Shown piece after piece: positions 63,646 through 64,000 of a stretch of 64,000 nt of DNA. Both the position numbers and the translations under genes were made by a program. Source of the DNA: a virus (taxonomy: Duplodnaviria > Caudoviricetes); the IMG/VR virus record IMGVR_UViG_3300020576_006644, positions 48,624 to 112,623 of that record. One strand, given 5' to 3'. The notes beneath the pieces were generated by a model. It did not search any database, was not told the DNA's origin, and saw nothing but the letters and a program-made list of their open reading frames with translations. Each line of letters begins with the position of its first letter. The first letter of the stretch is position 1.

Positions 63646-64000
63646 ATGCTCAAGCTCGACCGCAAGGCGTTCGGGGGGCTCGGGCAGTGCACCAAGATGC
63701 CCGGTGACATCAAGGTCAAGTCGATGGACCTCCACAGCGGCGACGCGGTGCTCATCGAGGGTGAGGGTGTTTTCACCCACCGGCGCAAGGTCTTCACCCA
63801 GGACGAGATGCAGGCGGCGGTGTCCGCCGGCGTCGCTGCGCTGCGCGAGGTTCGCCCCGACTGGCAGATCGCCAACTACCCCGAGCTGAATGCGTGGCTG
63901 CGCTACGAGGTAGCCGCCGGGCCCGCCGCCGCCGATACCACCCCGGCCACCGAGCCTGAAGCCGTCGCCGCAGAGGAAGCGCCGGCGCAGGGTCACAAGA
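63646..64000 (+). CDS. Hypothetical protein, runs off window end
   Basis: Open frame from ATG 63646 (MLKLDRKAFGG...). Confidence 0.55.
   Translation, partial: MLKLDRKAFGGLGQCTKMPGDIKVKSMDLHSGDAVLIEGEGVFTHRRKVFTQDEMQAAVSAGVAALREVRPDWQIANYPELNAWLRYEVAAGPAAADTTPATEPEAVAAEEAPAQGHK

Noticed and set aside
1-64000. Genome-wide TAG reassignment (genetic code 15)
   Set aside because: Conserved enzymes are intact under code 11 and many TAG stops end genes at sensible positions; only local read-through is left as a possibility
1-64000. Integrase, att site or prophage boundary
   Set aside because: No tyrosine/serine recombinase or host housekeeping block recognised, so lifestyle cannot be fixed from this window

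Overview
This 64 kb window is part of a GC-rich tailed dsDNA phage genome whose host is very probably a myxobacterium. The host call rests on a CdbA-type ribbon-helix-helix protein, a LexA DNA-binding domain with the myxobacterial helix RSTNGVNDH, Myxococcus-type SOS boxes, sigma54-type promoters and Cys-rich lipoproteins. The left arm (minus strand, 1-15.7 kb) is a replication/modification module: DnaG-type primase, DnaB-like helicase, RecQ, a divergent family-A-polymerase-like protein, a SLOG protein and several methyltransferases. It ends at a 0.5 kb non-coding divergence point carrying a long imperfect inverted repeat. The middle (16-50 kb) is accessory: a J-domain/pseudokinase + vWA + atypical PurA operon, a POT peptide transporter, an SF2 helicase, a LexA-like repressor, an Rnl2 RNA ligase, two ParB-domain proteins, a PAPS-reductase-like protein, a tRNA-like RNA, an AT-richer island with twin inverted sigma54 promoters and a Dam-like MTase. 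The right arm (50-64 kb) holds TerL, an ACP-domain gene, portal, scaffold, major capsid and neck genes. The most striking unannotated signal is a regulon of about 17 LexA-box-like operators (CTGAAC-N4-GTTCAG, often fused to a -35 element) together with a phage-encoded LexA-like repressor that lacks the self-cleavage domain. No integrase, canonical tRNA, rRNA or CRISPR array was seen. All family calls come from motif recognition by eye, not database searches.
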